Made by a program: the position numbers and the translations under genes. Below, piece after piece: positions 19,790-29,918 of a stretch of 64,000 nt of DNA. Source of the DNA: Desulfatiglandales bacterium (GTDB lineage: Bacteria; Desulfobacterota; DSM-4660; Desulfatiglandales; Desulfatiglandaceae); assembly GCA_963662465.1 (NCBI GenBank), contig OY759599.1, positions 320,001 through 384,000 of the forward strand, read 5' to 3'. The first letter of the stretch is position 1. Every line of letters begins with the position of its first letter. The notes beneath the pieces were generated by a model. The model had not been told where the DNA came from, made no database searches, and saw only the letters and a list, made by a program, of their open reading frames with translations.

Positions 19790-21795
19790 CGCATAAGTCT
19801 AAATGTTGTGGGGTTGTATAACCCATCAAAATTAAAAGGCGTTTTCGGTAAACAAGAATGCATTATGAACATTCATAACTTGAATCCAAGGTAAGTCAAA
19901 TGTTTGGCCGTTGGCTAATTCAAAGGGACTTTTATGAGCATTTTTTGCGCCAGGTAAAAATGGGACAAAATTCCTGATAGTCGCATGTGCTCGAAAAAAA
20001 AGACTTGCCCATTTCTTATCTCGAAAACTCTCAATTTGTTTTAGTTTACGTTTGATTCCTTTTAAATAATTGTCAACAATGGAGGTTGTTTGTTTTATCC
20101 CATTTCTATTTTTATGAGAGGTATAATGAGTGGCATTTTCTTTTAATTCTACTACCCTCTTTTTTAGTAATGGATGAGAAAATGCATCGTCATCTAATGC
20201 CTTAATCTTTACTTCCAAGTTAACTTTAGATGTGGATGTTTTCAAAACTTTCTTAAATTTTTTATAAAGCTTGTCCACTTCTTGGTCGGTACATTTTGAT
20301 TCTTTTTGATATTTTGATAGTGCATCGTAGAAGTTTTTCAAACAATGACGATGGCAATATCCGACCCAAATGTTATGGAATACGGTCTTGATAGCATTGG
20401 TTGAGGCTTTCCACTTATCTTTTGTTACACCAAGGATTTTGAAGTCGATTTTTTGCAAAAAATCCTCAAATGAACCGCACAGGTTTTCTTCATCAACATG
20501 ATCAACATAATCGGAGTGCCATACTAATAAATTTTCAGGATCGACCATAACTACAGAATAAGTTCTTAAATTTGGTTCTTTTTCAAAGCCCTCATCTTCC
20601 TGTAGATATCCTGAGCCTTTCACTCCTGCTCTTGTTAGTATTGTTGCAGGATGAAGTGTTCCTGCCCATCGATTCCAGTTCAAGATGGTCTGTTTGCTTT
20701 TGACACTTTTTTTGCCAATAATTTTAAGGCTTTCGATGGCTCCTTGAATGCTCGCATTAAAACGGTACATATTCCGAAATACGTGCCCAATAATCTCTAT
20801 ACCAAAATTCTTTTCCCTTGGGAGAAAGCTGGGAACAAGAGAGAACTTTTGTTTGCACTTCCGGCATTGTATCATGCGGATTGGGAATGTCTGTTGTTCT
20901 CCTCCATTCATTATTGTTTTTCGAGGATTCCCGCGGAAACCAGATAAAATATATTCTTTAGGTCCAGAACATGTTGAATTATGGCCTGTGTGGTGATCAT
21001 ATTTATCGAGTTTATCTAATACTTCAATGCGAAACTTCTTACTATCTTTTACGAGAGCATGATAGCTTTCGGTGTTATTATAAGGAAAGATATATGTTTG
21101 ATTTCCTCGTTTAGAAACAAGGTCTTCCATTTTCTTTTTTACATTTTCGATTATGGATTTATCAAAAGATTTTAACATCCCTATCTCAAATGCAATACTG
21201 ATTGTACTATCACGACTTTTTACATTATTCAATTTTTTAGTAATATTACTTATCATTGAACGAATTGAATAAAAGATTCTAATTTTCTGTCGATCCCGTT
21301 GTGTTTTTGGAATGCTTTTTTTCCCTTTTATTGGCTTACAAATATCCCATAATTGACTTATTAACCTACCAAGTTCATCAATAAGAGCAGACAATGTTAC
21401 ATAAAAATATTGCAATGATTGAAACATCTCCCTTTCATTGATCCATGATCTGATGGCATTAATGCATTTCTCAATTTCAAAGAAAATCTCAGGATACTGT
21501 TTTGGATCGTAATAACATTGTCTTGCAAGTCTGTTTTGAGCTTTGTCCAACATTGTCAAAGCTCTCTTAATATTATTAATCATGTGCAACCTCTCTAATT
21601 TAACATAGACTGTTGCACTATGATTATGCACACTTATCAAAAAAAGTCCCTAACTTTTTTCCGCTAAGGCGAATTCAGGAAAAAATGTTTGGCCTCACGA
21701 AATGCGCTTTGATTAGGATATTGATTCTGAACCGTTTAACAGATGAAATAATTTCAATATGTTAGAGTAAACCCCACAACATTTAGACTTATGCG
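19790..21795. mobile_element. IS element (2006 bp) inserted in terL
   Basis: Perfect 26-bp TIR CGCATAAGTCTAAATGTTGTGGGGTT; 8-bp TSD GGGCATTG (19782-19789 and 21796-21803). Confidence 0.95.
19832..21640 (-). CDS. DDE transposase with CxxH motif (Mutator/IS256-like superfamily; family uncertain)
   Basis: Only long ORF inside the TIRs; CRKC, QEDEG, TKD and YCHRH motifs; AT-rich. Confidence 0.8.
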   Translation of the reverse strand: MISVHNHSATVYVKLERLHMINNIKRALTMLDKAQNRLARQCYYDPKQYPEIFFEIEKCINAIRSWINEREMFQSLQYFYVTLSALIDELGRLISQLWDICKPIKGKKSIPKTQRDRQKIRIFYSIRSMISNITKKLNNVKSRDSTISIAFEIGMLKSFDKSIIENVKKKMEDLVSKRGNQTYIFPYNNTESYHALVKDSKKFRIEVLDKLDKYDHHTGHNSTCSGPKEYILSGFRGNPRKTIMNGGEQQTFPIRMIQCRKCKQKFSLVPSFLPREKNFGIEIIGHVFRNMYRFNASIQGAIESLKIIGKKSVKSKQTILNWNRWAGTLHPATILTRAGVKGSGYLQEDEGFEKEPNLRTYSVVMVDPENLLVWHSDYVDHVDEENLCGSFEDFLQKIDFKILGVTKDKWKASTNAIKTVFHNIWVGYCHRHCLKNFYDALSKYQKESKCTDQEVDKLYKKFKKVLKTSTSKVNLEVKIKALDDDAFSHPLLKKRVVELKENATHYTSHKNRNGIKQTTSIVDNYLKGIKRKLKQIESFRDKKWASLFFRAHATIRNFVPFLPGAKNAHKSPFELANGQTFDLPWIQVMNVHNAFLFTENAF

Positions 21796-22271
21796 GGGCA
21801 TTGATTTCAGGTCCGCCGCACTGTTCGCGGTTGCTGCATACCATATGGCGTCGGCAAAGTGCATTTCTCTGTTCTGAAACAGATCCGGGCTCGGGTGCTT
21901 TTTTGATCTGAGGGTAGGACAAGCATTGATCATCGGTTTAACCCTGGTTCGGGAGAACTTGTCCACCACCTGGTCCGTTGGAAGAACATGCAAAATTGAT
22001 CCGCCGGTAATATCCAAAATATATCCCAGCATATTTAATTGAGCTTCACTTTTGCCCAGCTGGGTCGCAAACTTCAGAACCATTAAATGAATGTTGGGTG
22101 CCACAAAGCACTCCATCGGATACCGTAAGTACGGCGTCCGGTCTGTGTTCCAGGGGCCAGGTTCGGCCGATGTGGTCCTGGTAAGAACACGCCTTTGGTC
22201 CGCCCACATGGCCGGGTCTTTGATGTCGGATAGCTGCCAGCCGTCTTTGATCTCGCGTAACAGAGGACTTT

Positions 22272-22910
22272 TCATTTCAATTTTCCTTTCAATGTCGAAG
22301 CGTTTTGACCTTTTGACATATTCGTGAGAATCGCGCCGGTAAGCTCTGAGAGGACTGACTGCATATCCTGGGCAGATAATCCCACCAACTTGCCAGGAGC
22401 CGTCCTGGGGAGCAGGGCCAGGTGTTTCTTCACATAAGATTGCATCTCCCGGAAGGCCACCATCACATCCGCTTTCACGAGCAGGTCCCCACGTTTCAGT
22501 TTGAGTTCCAACTCGGCCAGTTTGGACTTGTGTTTTTTCAACTGTAATTTCCAAAACTCAATATCCGTTTCATCGCCAGGGCCTTTTTTCTTTTGCTTTT
22601 TCGAGTCGATCCAAGCCTGAATATCCGCGAGGCAGAATCCACCATCGGGCCTTGTGGGCATGCCGTCCCTGATCCAATTGGAAACCGTTCTCTCAGTCTT
22701 TTTGAAATGTTTCGCCACCACAAGTCGGCTGTAGGTGAGACCCTCCACCCGTCCGTTTTCGGCCTTTAGGCGCTTCTCCAGGGCGTTGAAAACTCCCATT
22801 TCCGCCGGGGAAATTTTCCCACTTTTTATCTTTTCAAGCAAGTTGTTGAACTGCTTTGTGACAGCGGCCTGGGCAATAGTGGAAATATCTTTGGCCTTAT
22901 CAGGTTTCAA
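22272..22910 (-). CDS. terS: Terminase small subunit (Nu1-like winged HTH)
   Basis: VAKHFKKTERTVSNWIRDGMP HTH, coiled coil AELELKLKRGDLL; ATGA-coupled to terL. Confidence 0.85.
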   Translation of the reverse strand: MKPDKAKDISTIAQAAVTKQFNNLLEKIKSGKISPAEMGVFNALEKRLKAENGRVEGLTYSRLVVAKHFKKTERTVSNWIRDGMPTRPDGGFCLADIQAWIDSKKQKKKGPGDETDIEFWKLQLKKHKSKLAELELKLKRGDLLVKADVMVAFREMQSYVKKHLALLPRTAPGKLVGLSAQDMQSVLSELTGAILTNMSKGQNASTLKGKLK

Positions 22911-22968
22911 AACTAGATCCTCAATTTTTCAGAAATCGGTTTTTCAAAATTCATTTGTGGTGAGGGAT

Positions 22969-23015
22969 TGCGCCTCTAAGCATCGTATATAAAAGAAAGG
23001 CCAGAAAGGACCCGT
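22969..23015 (-). other. Lambda-like cos packaging site (cosQ plus cosN candidate)
   Basis: Minus strand ACGGGTCCTTTC...TACG-ATGCTTAGAGG-CGCA; GGGTCCT equals lambda cosQ; just upstream of terS. Confidence 0.7.
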
Positions 23016-23328
23016 TGATTTCTCACGGCATTCGCTCACTGTACGCCGCCACATCCATCAGGTTCAACGGTAAGCCAGCAACGCATATCCTGGCATGTTT
23101 CATTTAAACGTGTCATGTCATCCATCGTAGCGCCTGTCATAGCCTGATCCATTCCTATTGATTTAAAGCCGGATACCGATGGTTTCGTAAGCCATTGGCT
23201 ATAGGGTCCGGCAACTCCTTTGCTGGTCCGCGCATCGAAAAACGGTTTTCAAGTTGGAAGGGCCGATGTCGCGGTTGTCAGGAGTCCGGGGCCAGTCTCC
23301 CGGATATGCTGCCTCCCTCCCATGTTCG

Positions 23329-23505
23329 TTAAGCGGTCTTGATCTTGCCTTTCACATCAATCAAGAGCGCTCGGATTTCTTCCAGTACGCTGAGCTTTTC
23401 CAACTCCAGCAGCAAAGGGCGGTTGTGGGTAGCGCTCGGGTTCATTCCAAATTCATTGCTGAGATTCTCGAAAATCCTATCAATTTTGTTCTGTTCTTTT
23501 TCCAT
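23329..23505 (-). CDS. Small hypothetical protein (58 aa, MEKEQNKIDRIF...)
   Basis: TAATG overlap with upstream gene; below the ORF-track length cutoff. Confidence 0.5.
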   Translation of the reverse strand: MEKEQNKIDRIFENLSNEFGMNPSATHNRPLLLELEKLSVLEEIRALLIDVKGKIKTA

Positions 23506-24110
23506 TATTCGAGTCCTTTCTGAGCTGTTTCTACGAGGTTTTCAAAGCTGGGTAGCTTGCCATTTCTGATTTTCCAAAGGTCGTTTTGCACCCGGTTCAG
23601 TTTGGCTAAAATGGTGTCGGTCAGATCTTTTCCCGCCTGCATAGCCCGCAAGGACTTGGTCATTCGAATTCGCATGTCGTCATCAAAACCGAAGTTATGT
23701 AACCGCTTCAGGTACAGCCAATCATCAACACCAAAATCCTGTCCGGTTATTTCAAGCCGCAATGCCAAAAATCCAAGAAACGTCGGCATTAAGTGTCCGT
23801 CAACTTCCCCGGTTCGCTGTGCTATCAGGTCTACGCGCCGTTCATCCAGCTCCGCACGGTGGGTCCGGATCTCATCCGCGAGGGTGCGTTCACCTTCATC
23901 CGTGTTTGACCGGATCAGTTTGTTAACATTCTCCAGCTGAAATCGGACATCATCCATGGCTTGTCTCGCAGATCGTACTTTCTCGCTGGGGCTGTCCATG
24001 GCCTTTTGTTCGAGGTCGGCAACCTTCGCCTCCAGATCCGCCTTTGCGGCCAGAAGATCAGCTACCTTTTTGGCCAGGGCCACAGCCGTTTGTTCTGTTG
24101 TTTCAGTCAT
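23505..24110 (-). CDS. Coiled-coil hypothetical protein
   Basis: AGGAG RBS; heptad-rich N-terminus. Confidence 0.75.
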   Translation of the reverse strand: MTETTEQTAVALAKKVADLLAAKADLEAKVADLEQKAMDSPSEKVRSARQAMDDVRFQLENVNKLIRSNTDEGERTLADEIRTHRAELDERRVDLIAQRTGEVDGHLMPTFLGFLALRLEITGQDFGVDDWLYLKRLHNFGFDDDMRIRMTKSLRAMQAGKDLTDTILAKLNRVQNDLWKIRNGKLPSFENLVETAQKGLE

Positions 24111-24124
24111 AATGTGCGTCTCCT

Positions 24125-25129
24125 TTACGCTCGGCCGGGTTGACCGAAAATGAAAAGTTTATGTAACGCCGGATAGTCCCGTACAGCTTGTTTCATAGCT
24201 GATTCAGTCGTGCATCCTTCCCGGTCCTTAATGGACTGCCAAGCCTCGGTAAAGGTCTTGGGTCCCGATACCGCCGCCGGGGTCCGCTGGGTGGCGGTGG
24301 GTGCCGTTGCTTTCGGTGGGATCTGTTTCCCAAACTTTGCGAAACGATCCGCCAGGTAGCGGGCCTTTGCGATTGCTTGGTCCAGGTCCCCGATCTGATC
24401 CGCCAGACCAGAGTCAATGGCCTGGGTGCCGATATAGATCCGCCCCTCGGTGTCCAGAATGCTTTGAACGGGCAGACCACGGTTTTGCGCCACACTGTCC
24501 ACAAACAGGCTGTAAACGTAGTCAACCCCTGCTTGTATGTAGGCTTTTCCGTCTTCAGAAAGCGGCTCAGAATCGTTTCCAATGGTTTTGTATTTGCCCG
24601 CGTAAATGAAGGACCGCTTCACACCGGCTTTTTCATTAGCCACCGAGTAATCATAATGGGCCTGGACAACGCCGATGGAACCAACTTCCCCGGTTTGGGG
24701 CGTGATAATCCAGTCCGCAGAAGATCCTATCCAGTAAGCCGCACTTGCCGCCATTCCGTTTACAAATGTGACCACGGGCTTTTTCTCCGAAGCTGCACGA
24801 ACAATTTCCGCCAGATCGTTGGTGCCGTCCACGGTTCCGCCTGGGGAGTCCACGTTCAAGAGGATGCTTTTAACTTTTGGATCCTTTTTTGCCTGGTTCA
24901 CCTGTTCGCCGATGGTCTGCATGGCGGTCGATCCGAAAAGCATTTGCAACCAGCCGGGCCTCTTGGCCAGCACGCCACGAATGTTGATCACGGCCACGCC
25001 GCCGTCGATGCTGTATTCCGCCGGGTTTTCAACCGTTGTGGGGGCCTTCAGCGATGCCGATTGAATTTGCGCAATGATTCCCGTTAGCCGTTCGGGGATG
25101 AGCGCCCATTTCTCAGTTTGCGTTAGCAT
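24125..25129 (-). CDS. S49 family peptidase (phage head-maturation protease-like) with scaffold-like C-terminal motif
   Basis: VDSPGG, MAASAAYWIGS, VGSIGV, AGKYK, GLADQIG. Confidence 0.92.
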   Translation of the reverse strand: MLTQTEKWALIPERLTGIIAQIQSASLKAPTTVENPAEYSIDGGVAVINIRGVLAKRPGWLQMLFGSTAMQTIGEQVNQAKKDPKVKSILLNVDSPGGTVDGTNDLAEIVRAASEKKPVVTFVNGMAASAAYWIGSSADWIITPQTGEVGSIGVVQAHYDYSVANEKAGVKRSFIYAGKYKTIGNDSEPLSEDGKAYIQAGVDYVYSLFVDSVAQNRGLPVQSILDTEGRIYIGTQAIDSGLADQIGDLDQAIAKARYLADRFAKFGKQIPPKATAPTATQRTPAAVSGPKTFTEAWQSIKDREGCTTESAMKQAVRDYPALHKLFIFGQPGRA

Positions 25130-25588
25130 TTATCTGCCTCCGTTCATGAAGTCTCTGTAAAGATCAGGATGTCTTTTAATGGCCTCGCCCATGGCTCGAT
25201 CCGTCGGTACTCCCGTTTCGGCCTTGATGGCGTCACACGCCTCTAGAAACCGATGCCTCTGCTTCGGGCCAGAGGCCTTCGCCTGGTTCACCTTGCCGAT
25301 GTAATCCGCATGAAGAGCGGGTTTGTCCCGGGCCACTCGTTTCATGGCATCCGTGGTGCTGAGACCTTCCTCTTTCAGTTTTTCAACCTCAGCCAGAAAA
25401 CCGTTTCCCGATGCCGGGGCCTGGGCCTTCCGGGTGGTTTGCCGGGTAACAGCCGGGGACGATGCCGAAGCCTGATTGTCCGCTGCCCGAAGCTCCGCCA
25501 GAATTTTCCGGTGGTCCGCCTGGGTCGCTTCGCTTCCGTCGGGGTTGATTCCAAACTTTTTGAAATTTTGTGTTGCTCGTGATTCCAT
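25130..25588 (-). CDS. Putative scaffold-like protein with two helical repeats
   Basis: Two F-x10/11-G-x-[ST]TxxAM-x6-PxL repeats; a third copy ends the S49 protein. Confidence 0.7.
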   Translation of the reverse strand: MESRATQNFKKFGINPDGSEATQADHRKILAELRAADNQASASSPAVTRQTTRKAQAPASGNGFLAEVEKLKEEGLSTTDAMKRVARDKPALHADYIGKVNQAKASGPKQRHRFLEACDAIKAETGVPTDRAMGEAIKRHPDLYRDFMNGGR

Positions 25589-26349
25589 TTTTCAGTCTCC
25601 TTTTGTAAAAATGCACCCCATTATGGGACGCTGGTTTATTTTGCGCCTAATTCTTGATAGGTTCGCATTCTACTTTTTGCCGCTGCCTCAAATACGCCGA
25701 TTTTTGAGTCCACAAAATCCACTATTGTCGCATGGCTTTGTCCAGGTGAAGGACGCAATCCACGCCCAACGGCCTGAATTAAACGTCCCTTGAATTTCAT
25801 AGGACTTGCCAAAATAACAGATCCCAAAGCCGGTAAATCAAAACCCTCCCCAACCAATTGCGATGTGGCAACCAACGCTTCGCCTTTTCCGGCATTCAGT
25901 TTTTCAACCACTGATTCCCTGGCTTTTTTGCTCAAATCGCCGGTGAGTACCAACGGATTTATATCGAAATCCCGTTCCAGGGCGTCCGCAAGCGCCATGC
26001 ACTGCATCCTCCTGTCGCTTAGGACCAAAGGTATGCCTTCCCCTGTTTTCGCCTGTTGGGCGGCTTCTTGACACACAAGGGCGTTTCTTCCCGTGTCCAT
26101 GGTAAGTTCGGATAACATTTTAGAATATTCGTTCGATGGGTCCCGGTCGGTCGTGAATTGGGTTGAAATCCATTTAACCCGGAAGGCCAAAATGGCGCCG
26201 GATTCTGTCAATACTTTCTGATCAATGCGGTGGGCGGTATCGCCAATATACCATCCGATAAGCCGGGTGAGTTTATCGCGCCGGTACGGGGTGGCTGATA
26301 GTCCCAACATATATTTTGAATCAAACGCGATTATGGCTTCCGAAAAGGT

Positions 26350-28957
26350 CAGAGTTCCTGGTAAATGACCTTTACGCAACTTAACTGTTTGAAATCGTTA
26401 TACTGGAGCTTCTCATAATTTCGTGTGCATTTCAGATTTTAGTGCAGCGTAACTAGCTGAAAATATTAGGTGGGGCAAAATATTTTTTTTATTGACAAAT
26501 GAAAACTGAAAAATTATCTTCAGACCATGATTGTCAAAACAGAAAAAATTAGCGACCTATCCATATGGACCGAGCGGGATTGGAAGGAAAAAATCACTGT
26601 TACGGTTTATCATGAGTATCGTCCTGTCGTCAGTTTCGATCCTGGGAAGATAAATGATAGGAGACTCGCTGCCGTACAACTTGTCGAGCTTGGTTATTGT
26701 AAAAACCGGGTTGCCGGTAAAATCTGTGGGTTTCACCGCAATACGGTTGGCAAACTGCTTCGCACCAAAAGACTTTTAGGTGTTGAGGCCATATTTGAGG
26801 ACAACCGTGGTCCCAAGGCTCCCTGGAAATATATTGGCAGCATTCGCAAAACCATCAAAAAACTTATCCGCGAGAATCCTGACTGGACTGACCAGCAGAT
26901 TGCAAATGCCGCGGAAAAGCAAACTGAAACGACTATTTCGAGAAGTGCTGTAGCTCGTATCAGAACCGCGGACCAAGATGCAGAAACTGAAAAGCCTACA
27001 AAGCATGACTTGGAGCAACTGGCTAAAATTGCGGATAGTATTGATTTGAAGCAACACGACGAGCGACAGCTTTCTTTCAACTTTGAGGCTGATTCTGAGT
27101 TCAAAAAGAAGGTAGATGAATTTGCTGATGAGGATACACCCAAGCCACAAACCGATACAGATAAAGTATTCCTGGATTATCTTCAACAGGGACAACGCAA
27201 TGTCTTTGCCGGCATGCTTCTTCACCATCTGTTTTTAGATCATATCAACTTCCCAAATGCCTTTGATTTGCCTTCTTATTCCAATAATATGTATGATAAT
27301 TATGAAGTGATGGAAACTGTCCTTTTCGGGTTGAACATCGGGTTGCCATCTATCGAATCCCATAAGCTGGTCAACAGTAGGGACATGGGGCTTTTGCTGG
27401 GACGAACCAGTTCCCCCGATGAGACCACTATTCGGTTGCGTTTAAAACAGATGGCCGAGTTCAAGCCCTCAGAGAGCCTGATAGATTATTTCGCAAACCT
27501 GTTTCTATCGTTGGGGTTCATCAACCCAGAGGTGTTTTTTATCGATGGGCACTTCCTTCCCTATTATGGACTGAAAGTTCTATCCAAAGGCTACCATACC
27601 GTGAGACGAATTGTCATGAAAGGAAACGAGATTTATGTTGTCAGCGACCTTGACGGGAAGCCTTTCTTTTCAATTACCGAAGGGTGTGATATCGATTTCA
27701 GGCCGATCATCATAAGAGCGGCCGACAAGATAATCAGCCTGGGTGTCGACCGCCCCATTGTGGTTTTTGATCGCGGTGGTTATGGTGTTCACTTTTTCAG
27801 TCAATTATCGAAAAGGGCTGACTTTATTACGTGGGCCAGGTATGTGAAAAAAGATGAATTGAAAGACTTGGAATATACGAGCTGCTTGATGTTTAATGGG
27901 AAAAGATATCTCATTGCCGAGAAAACAAAACTGATTCGTGAATCGATTTCTACAGCTGCCAAAGAAGGCCGAACAGAGGCAACTTCGACAGAAGTACGTA
28001 TGGTTGTTTTCAAGGAATTGGACAAGGATAGACCTGTGGCAATATATACCAGCAATCATCAAAAGCCTGCTCCTGATATTGCCGCATATATGCTTTCACG
28101 ATGGGGAGAGTCTGAAAACTTTTTCAAAGAGATGATGTCCCTGTACAACTTCAATTATCATCCCGGTTATGATCTTAAAGAACTTGAAGAACAGCCTCTT
28201 GTAGATAATCCTGAGGTAAAAACAATCAAAAAAACGATCAAGGGAATTAAACAAAAGATGGGGCAATTGGCGCTTGCAAAACAACAAACAGAGTCCAAAA
28301 TAGAAGCACGAAAAGATCTTCGTCTTAAAAAAAAGCTAAACACGCTCCAGGAAGAGATAGAGAAATACGACAAAGAGCTTGACGGTTTTCAGGCAGCCTT
28401 AAAAGAAATGCCTGACAAAGTATCGATAATTGAAGTGCTGAAAGGCAGACCAATGAACAAGGCAGATCTGGAGAAAAAGAAGCTCTACGACCTGATACAA
28501 ATGATTGCCTTTCACTCACGCGAGCATCTGGTTGGCCTGTTCCGTTCATGTTATGATGATCCGCGGGATGTGAAACAGATCCTGACAAAGGTCACAAAAC
28601 TCCCTGGTTATGTGAAATTAGTCGGGAAAACACTTGTTGTGCTTTTAGATTGGATAGAGGACAAAAAGCATCGGAAGGCAGCAACAAGATTTTGCCATCT
28701 GATAAACACTATGTCGCCCAAATTGAGAGGTCGCATGGAGTTCGACCTTTATTTTCGCATCTCCTCAATCCCTCAAGTGGGTTATTGCTGTTAAAGCCTT
28801 GCTCATCGTTTCAGCCATCCTACGCAGGGTATCGTGTTTCGACCACATGTAGGGGCGAAAAATCTTTCGCCCTAATGGCCGAAACAATGATCAAGGCCGC
28901 TGTTGAACTAAATGCACAATTTGAATTGAGAAAAAACGTCATTTACTATGATGTCTG
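26350..28957. mobile_element. IS element (2608 bp) inserted in the helicase gene
   Basis: Imperfect 20-bp TIR (CAGAGTTCCTGGTAAATGAC / CAGACATCATAGTAAATGAC); 6-bp TSD AAAGGT (26344-26349 and 28958-28963). Confidence 0.92.
26527..28794 (+). CDS. Large DDE transposase (IS4/IS1634-like superfamily) with coiled-coil insert
   Basis: FIDGH, VFDRGG, RWGESENFFK; N-terminal HTHs; homologous to 52776-54848. Confidence 0.85.
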   Translation: MIVKTEKISDLSIWTERDWKEKITVTVYHEYRPVVSFDPGKINDRRLAAVQLVELGYCKNRVAGKICGFHRNTVGKLLRTKRLLGVEAIFEDNRGPKAPWKYIGSIRKTIKKLIRENPDWTDQQIANAAEKQTETTISRSAVARIRTADQDAETEKPTKHDLEQLAKIADSIDLKQHDERQLSFNFEADSEFKKKVDEFADEDTPKPQTDTDKVFLDYLQQGQRNVFAGMLLHHLFLDHINFPNAFDLPSYSNNMYDNYEVMETVLFGLNIGLPSIESHKLVNSRDMGLLLGRTSSPDETTIRLRLKQMAEFKPSESLIDYFANLFLSLGFINPEVFFIDGHFLPYYGLKVLSKGYHTVRRIVMKGNEIYVVSDLDGKPFFSITEGCDIDFRPIIIRAADKIISLGVDRPIVVFDRGGYGVHFFSQLSKRADFITWARYVKKDELKDLEYTSCLMFNGKRYLIAEKTKLIRESISTAAKEGRTEATSTEVRMVVFKELDKDRPVAIYTSNHQKPAPDIAAYMLSRWGESENFFKEMMSLYNFNYHPGYDLKELEEQPLVDNPEVKTIKKTIKGIKQKMGQLALAKQQTESKIEARKDLRLKKKLNTLQEEIEKYDKELDGFQAALKEMPDKVSIIEVLKGRPMNKADLEKKKLYDLIQMIAFHSREHLVGLFRSCYDDPRDVKQILTKVTKLPGYVKLVGKTLVVLLDWIEDKKHRKAATRFCHLINTMSPKLRGRMEFDLYFRISSIPQVGYCC

Positions 28958-29683
28958 AAAGGTACGGCTCGGGCAGTGGTGGGCCTCATCGACGACGACG
29001 AAACCGAAGTATCTCTTTATCGAGTCCGCGATTTTATAAATGCTCTGTACGGTCGCAACCGTGATATCTCGAATTTCACATTTGCCGCCGCCAATGACTC
29101 CTATTTCTTTTTTGGGAATTCCAAGGAATTGCGTGATCCGTTCACGCCATTGCTCCAGGAGAGTTTTTGTGTGTACGATTACCAACGTTGGTTGTTGCCG
29201 CTCCGCAATCACGAAAAGGGCCATGGCTGTTTTTCCGCTGCCTGTGGGAGACTGCAATGTACCGAAGCGCCGGGAACGAACGGCTTTGACAGACGCCTCC
29301 TGATATGGTCGCAACTCGCCATGAAACCGAAAAGGGATCTCTGGTAATTCCCTGGTACGATCTTCCCATTCAAAAGCAACGTTGTGTTGGCGGGCGATGG
29401 TCGCCAGCTGTCGCACAAAGCCACGGGGTACGATCAGCCGTCCGGGTCCTGGTTCCCAAAAGTGATGTAAATACTCTGGCGTCTCTCCTTGCCAGCGATT
29501 CATTTTCTGATTGTCGATCCACTTCGGGTTTTTGATGGTAAGCCGGTTGATGATTTCACGGCGTACCTGTTCGGGTGCCTCGAAAATTTCAGCTCGGTTG
29601 TTGACGATGATTTTCATTTTTGTTTGTCCTCAAATGTGCATCCCAATAACCCAAAGGCGGAAAGGGTTTTTTAAAATCCGGGC

Positions 29684-29915
29684 TATTACGGATTTAAAAA
29701 CCTCCCCCTTTAGGGGCGAAAAAATCCGTATTAAAAATTACCCTGTTTTCTTAATAATTTCAAACACTTATGTATTACGGATTTGTCATAAATCCGTAAT
29801 AGAAAAAATCCGTATTAAAAATTGATCTGGATATGTAATGTTTTCAATGGTTTACCTTTACTTTTAATTACGGATTTTTACTGTGTCCAAGTGTGTCCAG
29901 GTTAATTACGGATTT
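29684..29915. repeat. Iteron cluster, putative replication origin of element 1
   Basis: Seven copies of TACGGATTT (four forward, three reverse) in AT-rich DNA directly after the primase-helicase gene. Confidence 0.8.
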
Positions 29916-29918
29916 TTT

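Larger units (their letters stand above)
18378..22275 (-). pseudogene. terL: Lambda GpA-type terminase large subunit split by an IS (627 aa when rejoined)
   Basis: GPWNTDRTPY, TQLGKSE, rejoined DLKSMP-IENVFCDEV, SSPT, PCPHCG, LYSPF, GIDVQ, IDTGG, NHWLDCEIYA. Confidence 0.93.
25636..29617 (-). pseudogene. SF2 DEAD/DEAH helicase split by an IS (455 aa when rejoined)
   Basis: LRPYQ, PTGSGKT, VVDEAHH, rejoined PSRTF-SEAI, GLSATPYR, EGFDLP, QAVGRGLR. Confidence 0.92.

Noticed and set aside
21754..22554. 266-aa ORF as listed
   Set aside because: The first 93 codons overlap terS in another frame and the end runs into the IS; the real part is the terL 5' segment from ATG 22275.
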